A stretch of 64,000 nt of DNA from the NCBI GenBank assembly GCA_046563655.1, contig CM102287.1:3410001-3474000 (forward strand). Reading direction: 5' to 3'. The position numbers and the translations under genes are program-made. Shown piece by piece: positions 50,732 through 63,170 of this stretch. This DNA is from Yuukianura sp. NJ FZ-2021. Taxonomy: Eukaryota. Position 1 is the first letter of the stretch. Each line of letters opens with the position of its first letter. The notes beneath the pieces were generated by a model, which was given only the letters and a program-made list of their open reading frames with translations, searched no databases and was not told where the DNA came from.

Positions 50732-52460
50732 CTTTTACAAGACTATGACCTGTTGTCCTTCAATTAACTAACTGTAGTCAAGCAATACAAATTCTAATAA
50801 AATATAATACATTAATTGAAATTAAACTAATTACTTTAATTGTCCTTAAAAAGTTAGTTTCATATCGTTAAGAAAGGCACGGACGCCGCGCCGATAAGCC
50901 ATATTTCTCGTCTGCCATTTCTGCACATGCGTCGTTTTTGAATGGATGAAAATCGTTCTTTGTTTTTGTTTACATTTTTTATCAGTTGCTCTTTAGTCAG
51001 CCAACTGACCTGTCATCTGTTTGGATTCTGGAAGAGGTGAGTTAATCGATTAATTGTAAGTTTCAGTTAGTTAATTAATTTTTATTCTAACTTAACGTTA
51101 AGTCCGCAGTTAAGTCCTTTCGGACTCCAAAAATTCCAAAGCAGTAAACTGCATTGGGAGGTTTGTCACTTTAGGGTGCCAGCATCAATGCCCTCACTTA
51201 CAGTTCATCGGGTCATTGCTGTCTCCATGGACAAGGTCGGAAGAGGATCCCTAAGTTTAGTACTTCACACTCTGCAAGGTCAAAATCATACGAACGTCCA
51301 TGCATAGATAACTGGACTTATCTCTGCTTTAGTACCTTCAATACGGTACTTTATCCATGATTACTTCTAATTAGTAGCCAGAGGTGCCGATTTTAAACTA
51401 TTTTCTAGATTAATTGATCTTCATAGCTGGAAAATTACGATTTCGATTGAAGTAATTGAACAATAAGGAAGAATTCTTCATCTTGATCATTTGTTCTTAC
51501 AGATCTTCCAGAAGAACACCAGATACCGGTATCCCTGTAGCTTAAGGAGGATCACCTCTTCTCTTCAGGTATTAATTAACAAGTGTTTTAAGACTAATTC
51601 ATTGACAGTAATTGCTAAATCTGTCTAGGAATTACGGTAAGAGGAAGCACGAGCTTTACTTGGATCCTTGGATCTCAAGATAACTAAAACTGGACTGAAC
51701 TAGTTCGGGGGAAGGGAGGCTGTCATCGTCATCAAGGGCAGTACTTAAGTACCCCGCAGCACATCTTGAAGAGTCTTTTACGAATTGGAATTGTCCTTAC
51801 GAATACCTGTTGGTATTTGCTCAAAGTGTTCGTGTTGCTCCTTCCGTAAGTTTTATGCATGAACACGGATATGGTTGTCCTTTGGTGGTGGTGGGCTGGG
51901 CATGAGTAGTCTCTTTTGATCTCAATTTCTCTGCGTATGTTTTTTGTATTTTCAATTTCAGTTTCCTGAGTGCGATCGAGAGAGTTGAGCTGAGCTAATC
52001 TCGTCATCATCATATGCTCTTGTGGTCTTCTGTCAGTCAGCTTAACTTCAATTTGGTTTTACAAATACAATTGTGAAATCTTCCTCATCTGTACGAGTGT
52101 CACTGTAAGAAGAACATCTTAAGTTTTAGTTTTCCAATCACCTTGCCATTACTCTAGATTGGAGGGGTATCAGTTTTTAAGTGAGTGACTCATCTTAATT
52201 GACTCCTGCTGTGATACAGGAGACATCCAAAAAGTTCTGGTGCTCTTCAGAACATTCACGCCCACAAGTTGAAATTAAACCACTGGATATCGGATATTCT
52301 CTTTTGAAGTGCTGAACTGAGGAGTGACGTTAATCGATTGGCGACAGTGCCAAGTGATACTCAAGATACCTCAGAGTACTGCCAGTACTTCGTCAGAATA
52401 CTTCCAGTACTTCGTCAGCATCGATAAAGTGAAGGGTGCCCTTAACAATGGGAGTTAAAG

Positions 52461-55400
52461 ATGACGTCTTCTAGTAACGGCATTCCTCCTCCATTGAGTT
52501 CCCAAAGTAACCCACTTCACGACTACCAATCAGTACAACACGATCCGAATCCAAGGCCATCTCAGCAGGTCAGTAAAGTTCATCAATCGATTACTCTGTC
52601 AATCGATTACTCTATCTATCGATTACTAAATTAGTGAAAGTAATCGATTTGTTTTCGTTTTAGCTAAAGAAACGCTTCAGTTCCATCAGTTCCGACGACG
52701 ACATGATTGACATCACGCATCAGGGAACTGTAAATGAATTGGGAGAAGGTGACTTCCCCATGTCCAATCAGAGTAAGCTGTTTTTCAAAAAAGTTTTCAA
52801 AATTCAAAAAAGTAATTTCAAAATTTTGATTTTGGTTTTCACAGGTTATTATGATGATGATATCCCTGGAATCGGCCAGTATGAAGATTTTCATACGATC
52901 GATTGGCAACGGGACATTGCCCGTGATCGGATGCGTCATCGCTACATCATCAAGAAGCGACAGGTTAGAATTTCAAAAAACGTTCCTTTTACTTGGATTC
53001 TTTGAAAAAAACGTTGGTTGATCGTTTTTTTTCTTTCTTAGGAATCAGTATGTGAAATGATCCGAGGTGCTCATGATGCCTGGAGCGGCTGGCTATGTGT
53101 CCTGCTCGTAGGGATTTTGGCTGGAACCCTTGCAGGGGTCATTGACATTGGAGCCAGTTGGATGACCGATCTGAAGTTCGGAATTTGTCCAGAAGCTTTT
53201 TGGTTGAACAAGGAACAATGCTGTTGGTCATCAAATGAAACTGACTCAGTTTTGCAAGGATGTGCTCAGGTAATCAATACAAACCCAAAGGCTTATACCC
53301 GTTTTGAAACTTTTTATCAACTGCATTTTCAAAATTTCATAAAATTTTGATTTTTGAACAGTGGTTATCCTGGCCAGAAGTGTTCGGAGGCAGTTCGAGT
53401 GGTGCTGGAGCGTACATTGTGTCATACTTCTTCTACGTTATCTGGGCTCTGTTCTTTGCTTCATTAGCTGCTCTTCTAGTCCGCATGTTTGCTCCCTATG
53501 CTTGTGGTTCCGGTATTCCCGAGGTAAGATTTTCAAAAAATCTTCAAAATTAGTTTCTTTTCAAAAAAAAGTTTCAAAACTTAAAAAATTGTGGTTTTAG
53601 ATCAAGACAATCCTGAGTGGGTTCATCATCCGAGGGTACTTGGGCAAGTGGACACTGCTGATCAAGTCAGTTGGACTCATGTGCTCAGTATCTGCTGGGC
53701 TGAGTTTAGGCAAAGAAGGCCCGATGGTCCACATCGCTTGTTGTATTGGCAACATACTGGCTTATCTCTTCCCGAAGTATGGACGAAACGAAGCCAAGAA
53801 GCGCGAAATACTGTCGGCTGCTGCTGCCGCCGGAGTGTCAGTGGCTTTTGGAGCACCGGTTGGTGGAGTCCTGTTTAGTTTGGAGGAGGTATGACCTTGA
53901 CCTTCGACATTTTCTGCTCGTGACCTTTGACCTTTTCTAAAATCTCTTTTTTTTCTGACAGGTCAGCTACTACTTCCCCCTGAAGACCCTGTGGAGATCG
54001 TTTTTCTGTGCTCTAGTCGCAGCCTTTGTCCTTCAGTCCATCAATCCCTTTGGAAACGAGCATTCCGTTCTCTTCTACGTTGAGTACAACAAGCCCTGGA
54101 TCTTCTTTGAACTCGTCCCCTTCATCGGACTCGGAATTCTTGGGGTAAGTTTTTCAAAATTTCGAAATTTTGAAGTTTTTGAGAAATTTTTGAATTGTGT
54201 GATATTGATATTGGTGTTAGGGTATCATTGGAAATCTGTTTATTCGTGCCAACATCTGGTGGTGTCGATTTCGAAAATCTTCGCAATTGGGCCACTATCC
54301 AGTGACAGAAGTTCTTGTGGTAAGTTTAGCATAATCTTAACTAATATAAACTAACGTAACAAAATAATTGTTAATCAATTAGTTAATTAATCGTTGATTA
54401 ATTGTCGTTTTGGTTCCAGGTTACCTTTGTGACTGCAATTCTAGCATATCCCAACCCTTATACAAGAATGCCAACAAGCAAACTCGTAAGTGACTGTTGT
54501 TGTAAATCAAGTTTTTCAAGAAAACGAAACGAAAGACAAGTTTTTGAAAAACAGTTTTGTTTTGTTTGCTGTGTGTAGATTTATTTGCTCTTCTCCAGTT
54601 GTGGACCTGACAAACTTGATGCTCTTTGGTAAGATCTTTTTAGGATTAAAAAGAAAAAGCCTAAAGCATTTTGAATTTCCTAATTTTTAATTCGTTTGCA
54701 GCGACTACAAGCGGAACTTCTCAAATTTGAATTCAGCGATTGAAATCGCAGCAGCAGGACCAGAAGTGTACAATGCCATTTGGCTCCTCGTCCTTGCCCT
54801 CATTTTTAAATTTATCGTTACCATCTTCACCTTTGGTATCAAAGTTCCCGCTGGACTGTTCATACCATCACTCTGCTTCGGCGCAATCGTCGGACGAATT
54901 GTTGGAATTGCAGTGGAACAACTTGCATAGTAAGTCAAAATACATCAAAAAATGTCAATGAAAGCAAGAATTTTGAGAAATTCACTGTTTGGAGAAAACA
55001 CTGAAATTTTGAATTATTTTAGTAACTACCAACACTTTTGGATCTTTGCTGGAGAATGTTCTGCCGGAGAAGACTGCATAACGCCTGGACTGTATGCTAT
55101 AGTAGGCGCCGCGGCGGTGCTGGGCGGTGTGACACGCATGACCGTGTCTCTTGTGGTGATCATGTTCGAGCTAACAGGAGGTGTGAGGTACATTGTACCG
55201 CTGATGGCCGCAGCGATGTCAGCCAAGTGGGTAGGAGATGCGCTGGGAAGACAAGGAATCTACGATGCCCATATCGCTCTCAACGGCTATCCCTTCCTAG
55301 ACTCAAAAGAGGAGTTTGGACATACGACACTCGCAGCTGATGTGATGCAACCAAGGTAACAAATCCAGTCTGAGGTCACGCGATTGACCTCTGACCTTTC

Positions 55401-56270
55401 ATTTCATTCCAAATTCTAGTCTGATGTGCTTGACCTTGACCTGATTTTTTAAATTTTAGGCACACTGAACCCCTGTGTGTGGTAACGCAAGACACTATGA
55501 CAGTTGACGACGTTGAAAGTTTACTCAAAGAAACGGAACACAATGGATTCCCAGTAGTAATCTCACATGACTCTCCTTTTCTCGTTGGATTCGTTCTACG
55601 CAGAGACCTCAACTTGGCTATTTCTAATGCAAGAAGAACCGTTGATGGAGTGGACGGCTCTTCGCTTTGTCTCTTCACCAACAACTTACCACAACAACAA
55701 CAACCAAAGACTGTAAGAACGACAGTAACAAAGTTAATCGATTTACTAAATTTTAATTGTTCATTTTTGATATCAAAGTTTTGAGATTTTGATATCTGAG
55801 ATTTTGATATCAAAATGAGATTTTTAAGGCAGTGAATTGAAAGTTATATTGAATTTGAATTTTAACTAACTTATGTTTTGGTCCCTTCTAGAATGAAGTC
55901 GTAGCGACTCCAGTTAAGCTAAAGAAAGTCCTGGACATGGCCCCTATTACGGTCACTGATCAAACTCCAATGGAAACAGTGGTGGACATGTTTAGAAAAT
56001 TAGGACTCAGACAGACACTCGTGACACACAATGGGTGAGTGACCTTGACCTTAAGTTTACTCTAACTTTGACACAACTGAATAAGCTAAGAAAGAAGTCT
56101 ATAAGTTGAATCTGCGATGATATTATAAATTGTGGAAGTTTTGGTAGAAAAGTTACTAAAATTGTACTTACTTTTACAGGCGCCTGTTAGGAATAATTAC
56201 GAAGAAAGACGTCCTAAGGCACATTAAGCATATGGACGACGAAGATCCAAATTCCGTACTTTTTAATTAG
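52461..56270 (+). CDS. CLCN3: ClC-3/4/5-type H+/Cl- exchanger (ClC-c), ~16 exons, long multi-exon 5' UTR from ~51000
   Basis: [20 protein letters not shown] (gating Glu), FSLEEVSYYFP, GLFIP, GIYDAHI.LNGYPFL, two CBS domains, ending DPNSVLFN. Confidence 0.95.
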
Positions 56271-56357
56271 TGACAGTAGTGGCTCCGTTTCCGTTGTGAA
56301 TGATGACAGAAGTGGAAGAAGCGACGATACCGTTGGAGGTGGGGCCAGGATGAGCTG

Positions 56358-57113
56358 CTACAGAATCATTTGCTGTCGTTTGGAACAACGGAATACAAAA
56401 TTTCTCATGTTACATTCAGACTTATTTAAATCACATGAAAACAAGAAATAAAATGAATTATTTAAAAGCTTACGTCTTGATAAGATGGAGATTAAAGCTG
56501 GACAGTCCCAGTAATTGCACTCTTCTTCATCTCTGTGTATGGAAGCACAGATCTTGCCCTCTGCGACAGAAAAAACGAAATCATGACGTTCTTAGTAGTT
56601 ACTTTGCGATGAGTTTATGTGATTCATCGTTGACTGTTGACTTACCGGGACAGAGGACTCTTCCTGGATTACTCGCGTAATTCGTTTTGAAGTGGGCTGC
56701 AAAGTTTGGTCCGTTCCATCTAAACTCTTGTGAGGCTGCTTGGAATCGGGCTTTCAGATCTTCTGTTTCGTTCTTTATGGCTTCCATCTCGGCATTGATT
56801 GACTGTATTTCCTTGCGTCCATTTTCTTTTGCAGATGATACAGCAATTTGTCTTAATCGTAGTCGCTCTTGATTAGCAGCTAGCATTGCTTCTTCCTCTG
56901 CAATTTCTTTGTCCAATTGTTCCATTAGCTCTAAAAAAAAAACAAAAGTTAGGGTCAATCATAAAATTATATTGAAAACAAAATTAAACACTAAGCTCTC
57001 CTTGTCTTACCTAAATCTTCCCTTCGATCGTTATACAAGGTCAGTGTGTGGTCTTCCAACAGATCGTTCTGCCAGTTCTCCACTGCGTCGAGGTTGATCT
57101 TGCACTTGAACAT
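56358..57113 (-). CDS. Small coiled-coil protein (~195 aa); exons 57113-57011, 56930-56646, 56560-~56358 (3' end uncertain)
   Basis: In-frame GT-AG joins: MFKCKINLDAVENWQNDLL...EDL/ELMEQLDKEIAEEEAML...GRVLCP/EGKICASIHRDEEECNYWD; heptad-like middle section. Confidence 0.65.
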
Positions 57114-57382
57114 CTTGTTTCGTGATTACTAATTGCATTCGTAGAAGGTTGAGTGAAGGTCTTTTGTCGATTCCTCTCTGACGTACAGGAAATTTGTTTT
57201 CTCATGGAAAACGTTTTCAGTCAACTAAGAGTACAGCGACTAGTCAGACAGCATCTGGAAGGAAAAATGATAAAGAATTATTAAAATTAATCGATTAATT
57301 ACATAGATTGAGTGAAGCTAGTACTAACCTATGTATTCCAGTTACAACAATTGCTTGGCCGATTGATGAACGGTTGCTTTTC

Positions 57383-58911
57383 TACGGAAGCTTAAAAGGG
57401 TCAAATCACGTCCCACTTCCCAGTGCTCGGTACTCGATACCCAGTGCGCGGTTCCCAGTACTCGGTGCGCGGTTCCCAGTACTCGCTACCCGCTTCCCAG
57501 TACTCAGTGCGCGGTTCCCAGTACCCGGTACCCGCTTCCCAGTACTCAGTGCGCGGTTCCCAGTACTCGGTACCCGCTTCCCAGTACTCAGTGCGCGGTT
57601 CCCAGTTGTGCTGCGCGGTTCCCAGTTGTCGCTGCGCGGTTCCCAGTTGTGCTGCGCGGTTCCCAGTACTCGATTCCCACTTCTCAGTTCCCAGTGCGCG
57701 GTTTCCGGGTGGTCCTTTTTCTTCAAAAATCGTTATCTCCTTTTTGTTGCCCTTTGGAGCTCGAGCCTTCCTTTCTATCTGCAAAAATGGCAATTATGTA
57801 AATGCAGTACCGTGAGGATCCCAGTGTAGAAGACCCATGGCTGTTATTTATTACCAAAATGAGCGTAACTAAAAAATTGCACTAATTTCAAAAAAATACC
57901 GTACTGCATCGAGAACATTGACAATTAAAATAACATGCGGATACTTAGGTTCAAAAACTGAACAAAAAATCAACAATTAAAAAAAATATTTGAGTTGACG
58001 TTCTTTCTCCTTGCAAGTGAATTTTGAACTATTGAATGATTTGATTATTATACCTATTTTTATCTTTTACACTTACAGTTCTGTTGTGTTAATAAATATT
58101 TGAGTGTTCACTAAAAAATTGAATGATCTAACTATTGATTTTTTTTATTATTGATTTTTTGTTCAGTTTTTGATTTTGTTTCACTCCTTGAAACATTTTG
58201 AAGTAATGAATTTTTTTAAGTATTAAATTTTTATGGAAGTATTGCCATTTTATTTTAATTGTTAATTTGTTTGATGCGTTACGGTATTTTTCTGAAATTA
58301 GTGCAATTTTTTTAATTTTGCTCATTTTGGTAATAAATAACAGCCATACGTCTTCTACACTGGGATCCTCACGGTACTGCATTTACATAATTGCCATTTT
58401 TGCAGATAGAAAGGAAGGCTCGAGCTCCAAAGGGCAACAAAAAGGAGATAACGATTTTTGAAGAAAAAGGACCACCCGGAAACCGCGCACTGGGAACTGA
58501 GAAGTGGGAATCGAGTACTGGGAACCGCGCAGCACAACTGGGAACCGCGCAGCGACAACTGGGAACCGCGCAGCACAACTGGGAACCGCGCAGCGACAAC
58601 TGGGAACCGCGCAGCACAACTGGGAACCGCGCACTGAGTACTGGGAAGCGGGTACCGAGTACTGGGAAGCGAGTACCGAGTACTGGGAACCGGGAATCGA
58701 GTACTGGGAACCGCGCACCGGGTACTGGGAACCGCGCACCGGGTACTGGGAACCGCGCACCGGGTACTGGGAACCGCGCACCGGGTACCGGGAACCGCGC
58801 ACCGAGTACTGGGAACCGGGCAGCACAACTGGGAACCGCGCAGTTAAACTCCAGTGTATTGCTTATGGAGGAGGTAATCGGGAAGCGAGTTGGCCCTTTT
58901 ACGCTTCCGTA
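57383..58911. mobile_element. Non-autonomous foldback-type DNA transposon; long inverted arms containing 20-21-bp tandem repeats; 6-bp TSD CTTTTC
   Basis: Termini TACGGAAGCTTAAAAGGGTCAA and TTGGCCCTTTTACGCTTCCGTA are inverted; CTTTTC at 57377-57382 and 58912-58917; arms ~57383-57987 and ~58139-58911; unit CCCAGTACTCGGTGCGCGGTT; no transposase ORF. Confidence 0.9.
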
Positions 58912-59263
58912 CTTTTCCTTTGTCTTTGTGTTTTTCCTTTTTTTTCGTGTTCTTTTTGTTGACAGTTTTTTTCACAAAAGTTGATTTGAATTTCGCGCTG
59001 AATTTCTGGAGGGAGTCTTCGCAAAAAAAAAAAGTAAACACATGGCAGAGTGTTTTACTTGTAATCCTAATCAGCTGTTTTCTGTCTTAATTTTATACTA
59101 ATTACCCTGCTTAATTAATTAATGAATTAATTAATTTGAGATTCATTGAGAGACTAATCACTGATACATCAAGGTAACAATAATATAAATCAAAATAGTA
59201 TCTGGAGATTTCATAGAACGTTTTTGCCCTGAAGTAATTGTTGTTTTGTTTATGATTCACAGA

Positions 59264-60035
59264 ATGTTTATCTTGTATGAAATGACACGAGACGTTCGGG
59301 TTGACCCAGTTTACCTCAACATGGACCGTCTGGATGCAATTCGAGATGAACTGAACAGAACAATGTCTAATCGGGTCATGCTGGATGTTGGTCTATGTAT
59401 GGTTTTGTGGGACATCAAGTCTGTCGGTACTGCTACGATTTTCCCTGGTGATGGAGGTGTTGTTTCCAAAGTCCGTTTCCGCTACGTAGTTTTTCGTCCA
59501 TTTTGTGATGAAATCATACTAGGAAAAATCAAAAGTTGTACACCCGAAGGTGTCCACGGTAAGATCAGCGCTAAACGCTATGTAGAATGTATTGTTTGAC
59601 TTGTATTTTGGTTTTTCTTTGCAGTTACTCTAGGATTCTTTGATGACATTCTGATTCCGCCAGAAGGACTGCAGTACCCATCAAAATTTGATGAAAAGGA
59701 ACAGATTTGGATATGGGAGTACACAACGGAAGATCAAGAGTCACATGAAATGTACATGGACAAAGGAGAGACAATTCGTCTAAGAATCGTTGGAGAATCG
59801 TTTACCGATACGACTCCCGTTCCACAAGGGATTCCTACTCCAGCTCCTAGTACTTCTACTCAAAGTATTACTCCAGCTCCACCCGACGAACCTTCCAGGA
59901 TACCTTTTATGCTTACCGTAAGTTATCAAAAATTACATGAAGCTAGTTAGTTAATTAGTTAATTAATCCATTCTTTACACTCTTCAGGGTACAATCAATG
60001 AACCAGGACTTGGCCTTTTGTCATGGTGGAACTGA
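59264..60035 (+). CDS. POLR3H: RNA polymerase III subunit RPC8 (Rpc25); 3 coding exons
   Basis: [76 protein letters not shown]. Confidence 0.96.
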
Positions 60036-60368
60036 ACAAATGACACTCTAGTTGCGGACGTTCGGACGATTTCTACTCAATTTAACAGATTTTACAGGAA
60101 TAAATGTTGTATTTAACTAGAGTTCCCACAGCAACAATCTCTTTATGAGTCTTCAGTATTTGTTGACCTAACCAATTTCTTTCAATCTCTTTCTCTCCCC
60201 ATTGCACCACGCTTGATCCAGAAAGTTGATCCTAACCTTTTCGAACCAGCAAGTTTTCCTGCAATTGCAACGGAAAAAAGTGTACACGGACGGAAACTTC
60301 ATCAATTCGTGGATTTTTGGGCAATTCTTTCGATTTGACGTGTGCTGCTTTTCGTTCTAGTCTTCAAA

Positions 60369-61454
60369 ATGCCAAACGACTTGGGTATTATGACCCTGGT
60401 GAAGTACGATGGACCATTTCTGGTCCAGAAGGAGCAGAAAAAGGATTTGAAAGTAAGAATTTTCCATAAAATATCAAAGAAAATTATGAAATGTGATGGA
60501 TTTGCTATGATTTCGATAGGATGATCCATACTTTTGTAAATCAACAAACATTGCTCATCTGAGCTGGAATCCAGATCCGAATGCCATCGCTTTGTGTCAA
60601 GAGACGCTGACGACTCAAAAGGGAATCGAAGAAGTGCTGAATGCCATGCAGCCACCGCTGATCTGGGAAGAAGATGGCAAGAAATGGAGACAAGTCGTAA
60701 GTAGTTTCCAAGAAATTCTTTGACAAATCACTTTTTCACCAAATATTTTCAGGTTTCTTCCGAAATCGCTTCAAGAGCTGACGTGATCTACCTCAATCGG
60801 GAACTGGAACATCGCCTAGTCATTCGGCAAGCTCGAACAGAAGGAATTTGTCCCATCCGACGCGAACTTTACGCCCAAGCTTTTGGTAAAGTTAAGAAAA
60901 TGAAAATTGTTAAAATTTTGATCTTTTTGTTTTTTATGTAAAGTTTCCTAATTTTTTGATTTTCAGATGAATTGATCCGTCAAGTCACCACGAACTGTCC
61001 AGAACGTGGGCTGGTTCTGCTTCGTGTCCGAGATGAAATGAAGATGACGATCAATTCTTATCAAGCTCTGAATGACGCTTCATCTGCTTTCGGAGTTTTC
61101 AAAAAACCGGGAATTGACACGCACAATCGCCTGCTCCACAGATTGGACCGAATTGACAATGATCGCCACAAGTTGCAAAGGGAGTTTCATGATTTGACGG
61201 AAGAGCTGGAACTGGTCAATCGCACTCTGGAAGAGCAAAGGCAGTCTGACGACAAACGACATTTTGAACAAGTTCAGTTTTTGAAAAGAGTCAATCAACT
61301 TCTCAAGGTAAACAAATCAAATTTTCTTTCAAAAAAAAAAATTCAAAAATTTCGAAATTTTGAAAAACTTCTATCAATTTTGCATCTGATTTCCATTTTG
61401 CAGTCAAAGTTTGACGGAGTTGTGAAAACCAAAACGGAAGACTACGATGACTGA
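60369..61454 (+). CDS. DNALI1: Axonemal dynein light intermediate chain p28; 5 exons
   Basis: TLVKYD, PPLIWEEDGKKWRQ.VSS, QARTEGICPIRRELYAQAFDELIRQVTTNCPERGLVLLRVRDE, QFLKRVNQLLK. Confidence 0.93.
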
Positions 61455-61595
61455 GAAAAATCGAACAGAAGCGAGCAGGTCAAAAGTCGCAATCTGAAAA
61501 CTTCTTCAAAACATTATTTTACTTGTAAGAAAATAAAAATCTATGTTTATTTATATTATAAGTTAAATTATATTTTATGTTATTTTAATCGATTC

Positions 61596-63170
61596 TTATT
61601 GACTAGACGTAGTTTCTATGTTCGTTTCCGAAGGAATGTTGCTCTGCCTAATAGAGCAGTCAATTGCATTTTGTTGTGGAGGAAGTTCCAGCGCAAGCGT
61701 CGAGTGCCTGGAACGAATGTGCCTGTCCAGGTCACGTCTTCTTACCAGCACTTTGGTACAGATTTCACACCTGAAACGAATCATTGCCATCGATCAGCGA
61801 TTAGTTAATTAGTGCAAGCCTTATCGCTTAAGCGATTTTTACCTGTACGGTGTGTTCCCATCAGCGTGCAGTCGAACATGTTTGTTAAGGTTGCTTGGAT
61901 CTCCGAACGGCCTTTGACAGATCTTGCACTGGAGGGGTTTGAATCCAGTACTGAAAGGTCAAGGTGAGATTAATCGAGGAAAAGTCAATTAATCGAATAA
62001 TTAATTACACACACAGATTTATGAATGACTTACTGTGTTCGAATGTGTATTTTCAGTCCATATTTCCTAGAGTAGAGTTTTCCACAGTACACGCATACGT
62101 GTGATCCGTTTTTCCCGCGTCCCATGTTGCTCATGATGGTTTCCAGTTGAGCTTGCTGGTCCGACAGCGATTTGACCTGCGTCGTGGTCACTATCGAGGT
62201 CAACTGACTTAGTCCGGATGCTGAGGTCAAAGAATTTGACCTTAGATGACCTTGACCTTTAGAGGCAGTACTGTTTGAGATTTGAGCAGAGAATGGCACC
62301 GAAGCTATTGCAAGCGACGCTGTTGATCCAGTAGTTGTGCTGCTACCGAAGAAGAAACTAGGTGGATCTCGTCCCACCGTGAACGATGGTGGGGCAATCC
62401 TAAAGTTTGGTGGGACAACTCTAAGGGTTGGTGGGGTAATTCTAAGGTTTAGGGATGGTGGGGTCATGACCCGCGGCGTTGCCATGCGACTCCATAGGTC
62501 ATCGATTGGTTGAGCTCCACAAGATAGAGCCAAATGTACTTTAAGTGGATTCGGAGCTTCAAATTCTTTCTGACACTTGTGACATCGGTAACTCTTGCCT
62601 CCTGAAATTCCAAAATTTTCTAAATCAAACTTTCAAAAAGTTTTTTAAAAATTGCCAAAAATTTTTTTGCTAATTAGGAAGTTAACACAAACCTACACAG
62701 ATCTGAACCAGCCTTCGTCATATCTAGGGTTTTACTTACACTTACAAAAATTTCAGAAATTTTTGTAACTGACATCAAACCTTACATCAATTTGACCTTT
62801 GACCTCGACAAGGGCATAGTTTTTGCTTAACACTACATAGTCTTTGGCTAACGTGAGCGTTTTTTTGGTTGACCTTACCTCGGATATTGTTAGGGTTAAG
62901 GTACGGTGGAATTCCGAGGTCGTTGACCAGCACATCTTCTCCGAACCACAGCAAAAGTTCATCTCCCGCTCCAATTTCTTTAGTGACTTGCAAAATCACA
63001 GCATCAGTTTGCCATTTGCAAATTCTGACATTCTGCACATGACAATCCGTTGCAAATTGGATACACTTGATCCAGAACCATGTCACCGGTTCAGCGTCTG
63101 CCCCGTTACGCTTCTTCCCTCTTGCAAAATTTTCGCAAACTTCCAATTCGCCATTTTGAGCCAGTGAAAC
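61596..63170 (-). CDS. PRDM13: PRDM13-like PR-domain zinc-finger protein (5' exon(s) not identified)
   Basis: PR fragment (KEIGAGDELLLWF); ZnF YRCHKC..EFEAPNPLKVHL; HVCVYCGKLYSRKYGLKIHIRTHTGFKPL.C..C.RPFGDPSNLNKHVRLHA.GNTPYRCEIC.KVLVRRRDLDRH. Confidence 0.92.

Noticed and set aside
54925..54932. Apparent premature stop (GCA TAG) in ClC
   Set aside because: The TAG spans the exon/intron boundary (TA|GTAAGT); splicing gives TAT (Tyr).
57040..57205. Upstream ATG (57205) as the start of the coiled-coil gene
   Set aside because: That frame stops before the donor; only ATG 57113 splices in frame. At most a uORF.
57420..58842. CRISPR-like appearance of the regular repeats (also 12790-12962)
   Set aside because: No unique spacers, no cas genes, eukaryotic context; these are simple tandem repeats.
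57308..58984. Several 100-197-aa ORFs on both strands (STGNRA / EYWEPR / ARFPV repeats)
   Set aside because: Translations of the stop-free 21-bp tandem arrays in the foldback element; no domain signal.
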